From Candidatus Omnitrophota bacterium (lineage in GTDB: Bacteria; Omnitrophota; Gorgyraeia; Gygaellales; Profunditerraquicolaceae): 64,000 nt of DNA. A program made the translations under genes and the position numbers. The stretch's first letter is position 1, and every line of letters begins with the position of its first letter. The notes beneath the pieces were generated by a model that was not told the origin of the DNA, did no database searches, and saw only the letters and a program-made list of their open reading frames with translations. The stretch spans positions 6,405 to 70,404 of the forward strand of contig JBAZJY010000005.1 in NCBI GenBank assembly GCA_041651115.1. The letters run 5' to 3'. Of the stretch, positions 17,638 through 27,500 are shown piece after piece.

Positions 17638-18495
17638 ATGGTATTTGTCGGCATACTCATAGCTGTTTTTCTTGCCCTCTATATGCTTTCCGATTATTTT
17701 ATGGAAAGCGTCATCCCTTCCCTGACCGGTTATTACGGTGAAATTCAATTAAGGCGCACCGGTAAACTCAGGGGCCAACTTGAAGAATCATTTATTTTCT
17801 GGGAAAAAAAGCGGCTGATGTTGATTTCGCTTGCCCCGCTTATCTTCGGCGGTATATCTTTTCTTTTACTCCGCCACGTCCTTGCCGCGGCTGCCGGGTT
17901 TTTACTGGGGTTTGCTTTCCCGGGATTTATGGTCAAAATGGCGTATCAGGCAAGGATGAAAAAGTTCCAGGGCCAGCTGGTTGATTCGTTGATCATGCTT
18001 TCTTCGTCGCTGAAAGCGGGTTTGAGCTTTATCCAGGCAATAGAGGTTATGTGCGAAGAAATGCCCGCTCCCATATCACAGGAATTCAAGCTGGTTTTGA
18101 AAGAAAACCGCTGGGGCTTAAACCTTGAAGAATCCCTAAAAAGACTACGTAAGCGCGTGCCGCTTGAAGAGGTCAATCTCCTGGTCAGTTCTATCCTCAT
18201 TGCCCGTGAATCAGGCGGCGAGCTGCCCAAGGTCCTTATGCGGTTGACAACTACTATACGCGATAACATTAAATTAAAAGAAAAGATCGCCACTCTCACA
18301 TTGCAGGGAAGGCTGCAGGGCTTAATCATGATGTTTTTGCCTATCGGCTTTAGCTATTTTGTTTCCAAGCAGAACCCCGAGCATTTTGTGGTAATGTGGC
18401 AGAATGCCACGGGCAGGATGTTCATTATGATTGCCGTAGGGCTGCAGATCGTCGGCATGGTCTTGATAAAGAAGATAAGCACAATACGCATATGA
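17638..18495 (+). CDS. tadB: Tad pilus inner-membrane platform protein TadB (T2SS F-type domain)
   Basis: Polytopic. T2SSF-type domain (SLKAGLSFIQAIEVMCEE...VNLLVSSILIARESGGELPKVLMRL). Confidence 0.75.
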   Translation: MVFVGILIAVFLALYMLSDYFMESVIPSLTGYYGEIQLRRTGKLRGQLEESFIFWEKKRLMLISLAPLIFGGISFLLLRHVLAAAAGFLLGFAFPGFMVKMAYQARMKKFQGQLVDSLIMLSSSLKAGLSFIQAIEVMCEEMPAPISQEFKLVLKENRWGLNLEESLKRLRKRVPLEEVNLLVSSILIARESGGELPKVLMRLTTTIRDNIKLKEKIATLTLQGRLQGLIMMFLPIGFSYFVSKQNPEHFVVMWQNATGRMFIMIAVGLQIVGMVLIKKISTIRI

Positions 18496-19373
18496 TGCTC
18501 TATATAATTCTCGCCCTAATCGCAAGTTCAGTATTCCTAATTGTTTACGGAATTTTTGAAGCAAGGCAGGTGCCCCGGCTGCAGTTATTTAATAATATGC
18601 CGCGCCAGAAAAAAGGCGGCTTTGAAAGTATTAAAAAGTCAGCGGCTTACGGCCTGTTGTTGAGGCAAACCGGATTTATTACCCGGCCGTTATTAAAGCT
18701 GCCGTATTTTGTGAACTTGCAGGCGCAGGCAGACGTATTAAAGATAAACATTGACCTCCCCGCGTTTATTCTATTAAAGTTGATCGTGGGCGTCATTGTT
18801 TCTTTCTTAGTCTTTAGATTGCTGTCTCCGACCTATGCCATAATCGGCCTTTTGGTGGGGTTTTTCGTGCCGGATTTTTTTATGTGGAACAAAGTCAAAG
18901 AAAAGAAAGACGCCATTGTCAGGATCTTTCCGGAAACAGTTGACCTTTTGGACATGTGTATTAATGCCGGAGCGGATTTCCTTTCCGCTATTAAATGGGT
19001 GGTGGAAAAAAGCGACCCCAATCCATTTATTGAGCAGCTTTCTATTGTCTTAAGCGAGATCCAGGTTGGTAAAACCCGTTCGCAGGCGCTCAAGGACTTG
19101 GGCAACAGGCTCAAACTTCCCGATATCAGTAGTTTTGTGCGCACGATAATCCAATCGGAAAGAATGGGTACTTCCATTGAAGAGGCGTTCGGCAACATGT
19201 CCCAAGATACGCGCGAAAAGCGCTTCCAGTCCGGCGAGAGATATGCCATTAAGGCTTCGCTGAAGATCCTTTTCCCCTTGCTTTTTTGTATCCTGCCTGC
19301 TATATTAATCGTAGTTGCCGGCCCGGTTATTATTAAATTTACCTCGGGCGAGCTGATCCCCAAGAATTTCTAA
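18492..19373 (+). CDS. tadC: Tad pilus inner-membrane platform protein TadC (T2SS F-type domain)
   Basis: ATGA overlap with the tadB stop. T2SSF domain (TVDLLDMCINAGADFLSAIKWVV...SFVRTIIQSERMGTSIEEAF). TM helices at both ends. Confidence 0.75.
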   Translation: MMLYIILALIASSVFLIVYGIFEARQVPRLQLFNNMPRQKKGGFESIKKSAAYGLLLRQTGFITRPLLKLPYFVNLQAQADVLKINIDLPAFILLKLIVGVIVSFLVFRLLSPTYAIIGLLVGFFVPDFFMWNKVKEKKDAIVRIFPETVDLLDMCINAGADFLSAIKWVVEKSDPNPFIEQLSIVLSEIQVGKTRSQALKDLGNRLKLPDISSFVRTIIQSERMGTSIEEAFGNMSQDTREKRFQSGERYAIKASLKILFPLLFCILPAILIVVAGPVIIKFTSGELIPKNF

Positions 19374-19376
19374 TAT

Positions 19377-19473
19377 AGGTTAAGGTTAGGGTTATGAAGC
19401 CGGTATGGTAGTTAGGTTAGGGTTAAGTGTCAATAACCTAACCTTAACCACTAAACCATACCGGTATCCTTAC
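19377..19473. repeat. palindromic hairpin repeat, copy 2
   Basis: ggttaaggttagggttatgaagccggtatggtagttaggttagggttaag, loop, then aacctaaccttaaccactaaaccataccggtatccttaccctaacc. Sits between tadC and the lipoprotein gene. Confidence 0.8.
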
Positions 19474-19487
19474 CCTAACCATACACT

Positions 19488-20024
19488 ATGAGATACAAAC
19501 TATTTTTTCAAAAGTCATATAGTCTACTAGTACTGCTGCTTTGCCTTGCCGGGTGTACTTCAGAATGGACCCGCTACGTTAATAAAGAACATAAGCTATC
19601 CATACTCCTGCCTGCTTCGTGGGAAAAAGAAGAAGGGGCTTTTAAGACCGTGATTATTGCCTTAGCGCCCCTTGATACAACCAAGCCCAAGCTTTCCCGT
19701 GTCCGGACAAATATAAACGTTATTGCTTCCGAATTGCCTACACCCGTTGATGTAAGCACGCTTTTTGAATTGAATAAGACCGAGCTAGGCACTAAGCTGG
19801 CGAGGATGGATGAATTCCTTGAAGGTGATATATATGCGGGAACTCTGCGCGGTAAATGGCTGTCTTTTGAGGGGTTACTGCGCGAGGCGAGAGTGAAAAT
19901 AATCAGCGGCATCTGGGTAAAGGACAGGCGCGTTTATAGCGTTACTTGCACTGCCCGTACAGATGAGTTCGCGAAATACGATCCGTTATTCCAGAAGGTA
20001 CTGCGCAGCCTGCGCGTCAAATAA
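19488..20024 (+). CDS. lipoprotein, possibly PsbP/DUF1795-like (family assignment tentative)
   Basis: Lipobox LLCLAGC. ILLPASWEKEEG...NVIASELP...AGTLRGKWLSFEG...RVYSVTCT. Confidence 0.55.
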   Translation: MRYKLFFQKSYSLLVLLLCLAGCTSEWTRYVNKEHKLSILLPASWEKEEGAFKTVIIALAPLDTTKPKLSRVRTNINVIASELPTPVDVSTLFELNKTELGTKLARMDEFLEGDIYAGTLRGKWLSFEGLLREARVKIISGIWVKDRRVYSVTCTARTDEFAKYDPLFQKVLRSLRVK

Positions 20025-20070
20025 GTAGGGACAGAGACTACTTTTCTTCGGTTTTATCAAGTATCCTGCT

Positions 20071-20601
20071 ATGAAGCCTCGATTCTTTCCAAAATTATGT
20101 GTTTTACTGCTGTTGGTGCCTTTTCTATGCAGCTGTGAATTCGGCTGGAAACAGTATATTAACGAAGATAATGATTTTTCTATATTATTGCCTGCTTCAT
20201 GGGAAAAACAAGAAGATGTGTTTGATGCGGCATTGATTGTCTTGGCTCCCGTAAAAGGCAAAAATAAAAACCCGCCGGTCAGGGCGAATATGAATATCAT
20301 CGTCGCTGACTTGCCGGCAAGGGCGGACCTGGATATAGTTTTTGATTTTAACAGAACCGAGCTTTCCAGCAAACTGGCAAGAATAGACGATATCATTGCA
20401 GGCGATATCTATGCCGGTCCATTACTCGGCAGGCAGGTTTCATTTGCGGGCCTGCTTAGCGGATTCCAAGTGAAGATAATCAGCGCCAACTGGGTAAAAG
20501 GCAGGCGCGTTTATACCGTTACCTGCACCTCCGCCCTAAATGAATTCCCCAAATACGAGAAAACATTCAAAAAAATGTTCCGCACCCTGCGTATTAAGTA
20601 G
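20071..20601 (+). CDS. lipoprotein, tandem paralog of 19488-20024
   Basis: Lipobox FLCSC. ILLPASWEKQED...NIIVADLP...AGPLLGRQVSFAG...RVYTVTCT, collinear with the upstream paralog. Confidence 0.55.
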   Translation: MKPRFFPKLCVLLLLVPFLCSCEFGWKQYINEDNDFSILLPASWEKQEDVFDAALIVLAPVKGKNKNPPVRANMNIIVADLPARADLDIVFDFNRTELSSKLARIDDIIAGDIYAGPLLGRQVSFAGLLSGFQVKIISANWVKGRRVYTVTCTSALNEFPKYEKTFKKMFRTLRIK

Positions 20602-20633
20602 TTCTTCCAAGAGTAGTTAAATCTAAGTTGTAA

Positions 20634-21260
20634 TCGTTAGGTTTAGTAATTAGGTTATGGTAAGGAAGCCGGTATGGTAGTTAGGTTATGGTTAAGTATA
20701 AAACCCGGATCGTTTTTTGAATTTAGTCCAAGACATTGACAGCTTATATAATTGCCTGCCCGAGATATCATATGAAGTAATAAGCTCATCGCATAGTTGC
20801 ATATTTATGGCATAGGAATATATATCTTTACACTGATTTAGACTCACTACCGTTTCATTACATTCTCCCATAGCATCATCAAGGTATTTTTGAAACCCCA
20901 TTTTTTGGTGTCTCTTGGCATAGCCTTCAGCTATCAATCTTGGGATAGCCTTACATGATCTCGCCAGTTGGTCTTTTAAATCATATTTTTCGTTATCAGG
21001 TAATCTCGGGATAATTTTTGTCATTACCTCTATGGCAGCTTTATAAGTGTTTTGGTACACATTCAAATCACAAAAACTTCTAATTGGTTTTTTAATTTCC
21101 ATAATTTGGTCCTATTTCTTCAGCTAGACTTAGAATACGATCGCCTTCTGTAATAATAGACGAATAAACAGAATAAATCTAACTCAAAAACATGTCATTT
21201 TAACCTAACCTTAACCCTTTAAACTATACTGGTTTCTTTACCATAACCTTAAACATAACC
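20634..21260. mobile_element. IR-flanked cassette: arms of the hairpin-repeat family enclosing a four-helix-bundle gene
   Basis: Left arm 20634-20696 (..ggttatggtaaggaagccggtatggtagttaggttatggttaag). Right arm 21199-21260 (aacctaaccttaacc..aaactatactgg..ccataaccttaaacataacc) is its reverse complement. In copies 1, 2 and 5 the arms abut across a short loop. Here they are ~500 bp apart with a gene between. Confidence 0.5.
20692..21102 (-). CDS. four-helix-bundle protein (23S rRNA intervening-sequence / Avd-like family)
   Basis: SFCDLNVYQNTYKAAIEVMTKIIPRLPDNEKYDLKDQLARSCKAIPRLIAEGYAKRHQKMGFQKYLDDAMGECNETVVSL matches the conserved F-x-DL-x-VWQ / IAEG signature of this family. Only convincing minus-strand gene in the window. 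Confidence 0.7.
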   Translation of the reverse strand: MEIKKPIRSFCDLNVYQNTYKAAIEVMTKIIPRLPDNEKYDLKDQLARSCKAIPRLIAEGYAKRHQKMGFQKYLDDAMGECNETVVSLNQCKDIYSYAINMQLCDELITSYDISGRQLYKLSMSWTKFKKRSGFYT

Positions 21261-21281
21261 TGGGGAGTGTTATCAAGTACT

Positions 21282-21355
21282 TCAGTTTGGACATTAAAAA
21301 TAAACGTTTTTTAAATGTCCAATCTATTTTTAATCGTTAAATAATGTCCAAACTG
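21282..21355 (+). promoter_or_regulatory. three AATGTCCAA(T/A)CT boxes (one inverted, two direct) upstream of giant gene 1
   Basis: cagtttggacatt at 21283-21295 is the reverse complement of aatgtccaaactg at 21343-21355. A direct aaatgtccaatct sits at 21313-21325. The direct copies are 30 bp apart, as at 29131/29161. Confidence 0.45.
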
Positions 21356-21363
21356 GAATAAAT

Positions 21364-21437
21364 TGGTTAAGTCAGCTTATAACCTAACCTTAACCGCTAA
21401 ACTATACCGGTATCCTTGCCCTAACCTTAACCATAAC
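21364..21437. repeat. hairpin-repeat family, partial copy (short left arm ttggttaagtca plus full right arm)
   Basis: ttggttaagtcagcttataacctaaccttaaccgctaaactataccggtatccttgccctaaccttaaccataacc. Confidence 0.6.
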
Positions 21438-21561
21438 CAGGCTTATATACATAACTGAAGAAAGCGTTATCAATATCCGTATCTTTATACCTTGATAGAT
21501 ATATGCTTTGTGCTATACTTTTTGTGCTAATTATTTAAATATAAAAGTAATATAAATATAT

Positions 21562-24500
21562 ATGATGAATCCAACCTCATTACTTGAAAGAAGAAAAATG
21601 ACAAAGGCCGGATTTTTTACTTTCGGGTTTCTTAGAAAACAAAAATGGCTTAGCGTGATCCTGGCGCTGGCCTTTTTGCTTAATACTATTTCACCTGCTT
21701 TTGCGCGCGAGGGAAATTCCGGCAGACGGACTTCTCTTGAAATGTACGGCCTCGGCGCATTAGCCGGCTCCGCTTTAGGCGCCTCTATCCTTATCGGTTA
21801 TGAAACCGGCCAATGGTGGGGCGTTGCCGCTGCCGCAGCCGCAAATATGGCAAGCGACCTTACCGGCCTTGTGATGTATTACTATTTTTATGAGAGCTAC
21901 GGGGAAACCGCAACAGTATTCGGAAAAGAACTTAAATTCGGCAATGTAGAAATTAGCAAAGGAATGCTTTATTCAATGTATGCCGGAACGATCACCGGCG
22001 CGCTTGTTGGTATTGTGGGAGGCCTGGCCTCTGGTGCTTCCAGCGGCGCAAGTTCAAGCCTTGAAAGCGGCGCAAGTTCAGGCATTGAGAGTGCTGCTGC
22101 TAGCGCCGGGGAAGGTGCTGTGTCAGGCGCGGCTACCGGTGCTGCGTCAGGCGCGACATCTGGTGCTGTAGCAGGCGCAGCCAATAGCGTGATTACAGCT
22201 ATTGTGAATGCCGCAAAAGCCCTCTGGCAAGCTATCGTGAATGCAGCCAAAGCCATTTGGACAGCGCTTAAAAACGCTTGGCAAGCTATCGTGAAATTTT
22301 TTGATCGTCCTCTTAAGGAAATATTAAAGTCAGTCGGAAAAGCCCTTTGGGAGAACGTATTAAAGCCGATTTTAGAGCCTATCTGGAAGAATCTCATTAA
22401 GCCTATCTGGAACTTCATTACGCACCCCATTAGGACAATAAAGGATTTTTTTGCTAGAATCGCGAAAACTGCGGCAGACAACAATATTAATTGGTTAAGA
22501 GCAGCAATAAGAGTTGTGTATAAGCTTGATAAGCTTAAACCCGGCAGCGTTGCCAATCCTTATATCCGTTACGGAGCAGAACGCTCTTTTGGAGCTGCGT
22601 TTGCGCATTTAGTAGGCGACCTGGTTATTAATACGGCAAAGCTGTTTTTCAGAGAAACAATAAAGCAGAACCTTGAGAAAGGATTTGAGATCACGATTGG
22701 TAAAGGTAAGAATAAGAAAACGCTCATTGCAATTGACGAGCAAGATGAAACTATCGCCGAGATCGCTGCCGATATCGCAACCATATATTTTTCAGCATGT
22801 ATCACTCCGACAGTAAGGATACTTTTGGGCAACTTAATGCACGTGTATGGAGGCAAGGGCAAGTTTGTTCTTGATAACCAGGGCGGATACTTAAGTAAGG
22901 AAGGGGAAGGCTTTATTGATGAGGGCGTAACCTATGAAATTGACGCAGTAGAGATGAATTCTCAGGAAATCAACAGGCGCCTGGAAGCCAAGCAAATTAA
23001 GGGTGACGCAATGGTGAAAGTTACCCGTGACGGAAAAACCGAAGAGATAAAGGCTGAAGCGGTAGCCAATATGTTAAACGGCAAGAATTACACCGTTACC
23101 CTGCAAGCCGACGTAACTTTAAACGGCGAAACCGTGAAAGCCGGCACAAAGATAGCCGTTAATGCGACAGAGTTTACTAACCTTTGGCAGCAGGAAGGCG
23201 TGATCAACAAATCCGGTTCCGTAGATGTCACTAATACAGATGGAGTAACGCAGCAGATCAGCGCGGAGGCGGCATACGCAGGCGCAGTTAATATTTTGAG
23301 CGCCAGTTATACTGCCGGGATTACCATAGCCGCCCACGACTATTTCCAGATGCGGGAAAGTGAAACGATCAAAGAAGGCAGCACGCCTGTGCGCGTTACT
23401 TCTGCCGACAAAAAAAATCAGGTTGATACTACTGCCAAAGAATTAGACGGCGTTTTTAACGATACCTATGTGCAGCTGGAAATGGCCCGGCGGCTGGAAA
23501 ATAAAATCATTACTTTTCAAGACGCTGCCACCGGCGAACTGCATGAAATGAAAATGAGCGAGGTTGCCCGGGAAATAGCCCCGAATAAAGACGGCACAGT
23601 AGGCGTACAAAACGATAACGGCACTTATAGCGTAGTAATAAACGGCAAGGAAGTTATAGTTGACGCTGCCACATCTGCTCAACTGCACAGCAATCTTGTT
23701 GCCTACGCTACTATCATGGCAAGCAGTGCCCATCAGACCGCGCTCGCCTTAACCGGTGGACTCTTAAACGACATTCACGGCAATCCCGTAAGCAGTAAAC
23801 CGCTTAAGGCAGGCTTGCAGACCATGCGCAGCATCGGCCTGCATCCTCTTGTCGGCGCGGGAGTAAAAATACTTGCTTTGAAATTGATGAAGTACCGCAC
23901 GCATTACGGCGATGAAAGCGGCCGCGTTGCGGAAAACGCGAAAAAAATGGCAATTGCTGATTTCTTCGGCAATCTTGCTTCGTCAGCAGTGGCCAATTCC
24001 TCGCGTTTCAATACTTGGTATGCCGGCACAGATGAAAATCCATATGTGCAAAGGGGCGACTCCGGTGAATATTTAGGCAGGGAATATGCCCAGCGAATGG
24101 GCAAAGAATTTGTTACACAAACCGCCCTATTGGCCAATGAATTAGCTTGGGCAAATTATTGCAAGAAAAAAGACATTACTCCCGATGCGTTAGATGAAGT
24201 AAGGCATCTGGCAGCAGGTTCGCTTGTTAGCGGCTTGGTAGATGCAATTTACCGCCGCGATCCCGGCACCGTAGAGAAAAAAGACCAGGTGCTGGTAGAA
24301 ACCAGCGGTATGGCATCTGGCAACGGAGAGCTTATGTTTGTAGACCGCGACAGCCTTACCGAGAGCACATATGACAAAGATACCTTTTTATTCAAGGTTA
24401 ACGGCGAGGACCTAAGAGGTAAAATCAGAACACTTGATAATAAAGAAAAAGTATTCCTTAATGAAGATGACGTTCTCTTTGTCGGCGCCAAGGCGCCCGA

Positions 24501-27500
24501 CGACAACAAGAAGTGGTCTGCGGTAACATGGCAGACGAATAACGCTTCTGTAAAAACAGGCGGGCAGGTATCTTATAATGTTACATACGACGTGTCTTCC
24601 CGGCTTAATGATCCTCAATTCCAGAGCAGGCAGAATCTGACCGCTGGCAAGTTTGTAAAGAGCGTGGCGCAGGATTTCAATAACCATTTTATACAGGCGG
24701 CCGCGCGCAGCAGCCTGTATTTATCTCCGATGTTTACGCCCGGCACAGGCCCGGCAGGATTTTTGGCGCAGCAGCAGATGCAGGACCAGTGGATCCAGCA
24801 CATCCAAGGCATGGCGCAAGGCACTGGCCCGGGAATGCTGATGGCCAACCGCCTTGGCGGCAACATGCGCTATTATGCCAATATGAACGTTGCCGATTCG
24901 CTCGGCGCGGCAATCACCAATCGCTTTATGCGCCAGGAGCTGCGTTCTTATGCTACCTTCATGACTACGCAAGAAAAACTCCAGTATTTGCAGGTTACAG
25001 AAGAGAAAAATCTGAAACGGAAAGTAGAATTATTGGGTAGCCTGCGGGCTTTTAATAAAGAATATGGCGGTGACATTAATAAATTGAATGCAGACATAGA
25101 GCAGGCGAATATAGATCTGGCAACAGCGGAACAGGCCGGGCGCGTTGATGAGGTCAATACCATGCGCAAAGCGCTGGAGACGATGTACGGCATGGTAATA
25201 GCTGCAGATGAAGTTTTAAAGAAAGCTTACAGCCTGCAAATCGTCCGCGCTAACGAAGTTTATAGCCTTCCCGCAGAGGCGCAGTCAAGAATCTTTAATG
25301 ATTTAATGCCGGAAGTAATAGACGGCCTGCAAGCGGACGTAGATGCCTCTGCTTATAAGATTGGGGCCATGGAAAGGGCTAAGGGTTCGCTGGGCATACT
25401 CTCCAGCGTGCCTATCCTCGGCGCAATGATCCAGTCAGCCGTGCTTTCTAACCTGGCGACATCAACCGGCCAGGCGCAAGGCATAAATGATTTTATTATC
25501 GGCGGTATAGTTGATTATAATGTTGACCGCACTTTTGATATCTATGCGCCGATGAGCGGCTATACGGCAGGGGCGCTGGAAAGCACGGTAGATAACAGCG
25601 CGAAAACAACGCAGATGAGTGAAAAAGATAAACAGGCTTTCCGTTCGCTTTTAAAAGATCCCGAGCTCAGGAAGCGCAGCGAGCTTAGAAGCAATTATTC
25701 AATGTCGGTTGCCGGGGTTTATCAGGGCAGTGAAAGCTACGCCAATACTCCGCTTTTGAATGCAAGCGGCATCTCGCAGGAGGTAAGGTCAACAAGAATG
25801 GAGCTTAGGGAAGCCGAGACCGGCGGTAAGGCGCTGGTAGTAACAGATTCTACAAAAATAGATGCCATTAACGTGATTAAAGAAATGAGAAAAAATAACC
25901 CGAATGTTGAGGCATTTACTTATATACCGGAAGATAAGGATAAAACACCGGAGCAGGTTGAAACTGCGCTATATGAATTAAAGACCGGCAGGGTGTTGTT
26001 CTCCGATTATGGCCTGACCAGTCGCACCACAGTTGATCAGTTCGGCCGCGCCGTAGAAACCAGGCATTATGCCCCCGACTTTGTTTTTAGCGATATCGGG
26101 AGTGAATGGCAAACCGGCATAGAGCAGGATGTGATCACCCGGCATTATTACGGGCCGTTTGGCCACGCGGTTTCCATTACTACCGACTATACGCAGATAG
26201 GGGTTCCTGATGCGGATAACTGGCCGGGAGCAAAAGATTGGACTATCGGCATGGGCAAGGTATGGAATGATCTGGCCGCGGAATTCAAGGTTGTCGGCGT
26301 AACGCCCGAGCAGCTTGCCGGAAAATTAGGCATTGAACTCACTGGCCAGGAAAGCGCAGAAGAGCTGCAGGTTAAATTCACCAGCTTTCTGCAGGAAAAG
26401 CTCAAAGAAGGGCCTGATGCGATTGAGAAAATTGATGCAGATATTAAAACTTTTGCCGGTAGCTTAAATGTTGAGCCGAAGAATATCGGCGGCGATTTCA
26501 GCAATTATATTCCTAAGATCAAAAAATATGTTTATGCTACAGATCCCAAGACAGGAGAATACCGTACTGATAAATCCGGCCGCTTAATCCCTATCGGCAG
26601 CGTGCTTAACGCAAAGGCGGCGCAAACTCAGCGTTTCCTTGCTGCAGCGCAAAATTTAAGGGAGGGCAAACCTATAGAATATTCATACGCAGGTAAGGAG
26701 GATTATCAGGTAACCGCCCTCAAGGTTCCTCAAGAAGAAATTGATAAGAGCAGGGCTCTTGTGACCCAGGACATGCTTGAAGAATTTGCCGGCTTTGCAA
26801 CAGACGTATACGGTAAAAAGGTCAGGGCAAAGGATATCAACATGAATACGCCCTGGGGCGGCATCCTTGCGTATATGGCGGTTAACCCGCAGCCGGATGG
26901 CCGTAAATGGTCAGAGCTGACAACTGATGAAAAGCAGGACATCTTTGCGGGTGTAACTGCATGGAGGCTTCTAACCTACGGATTATACGCAGAGGATCCG
27001 AACGTAAAGCAAACCATTCCTAATAATCAAAGCACTTTGACCCTTTTCTTAGGCAGCGGCGCTGATCAGATCCGCGGCGCCAACTATTTATACGTGCCTG
27101 CGATCGCCGGGCAGAAAATGGAACCTTTGAAAACTACCCTAACCGGGCCCGAAGGCTATTATCAGCCGGTTTCTGTCGGCCCGAATTACAGCTACGATAT
27201 CAGTATTTATTCTACCGGAGAGGGCAAGACCCCGTATTCCGGGCCAAGCCACAGGGCCAGCGTCAGCGATATTAATTCCGGCCCCGCGCTCAATGCCGCT
27301 GCGCAGTACACGCTTCCGACAGATGCCGTTGAGCGGCAATTGCAGCAATTGGTTTATAACTTTGCAGCTACCGATTTTAAAGGCGCTGACCAGCGCGCAG
27401 AATTGATCGGCTTTATGAAAAATGAACTGGGTATAGACGAAGAAGATGCTATTGCAAAAGTAGATAGGTTAAATTCAAGAGAATATGGTAGAGAATTTTT

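Noticed and set aside
20634-21560. Diversity-generating retroelement around the Avd-like gene
   Set aside because: No reverse-transcriptase ORF and no template/variable repeat pair is visible within the window. Only the accessory-type four-helix-bundle gene is present.
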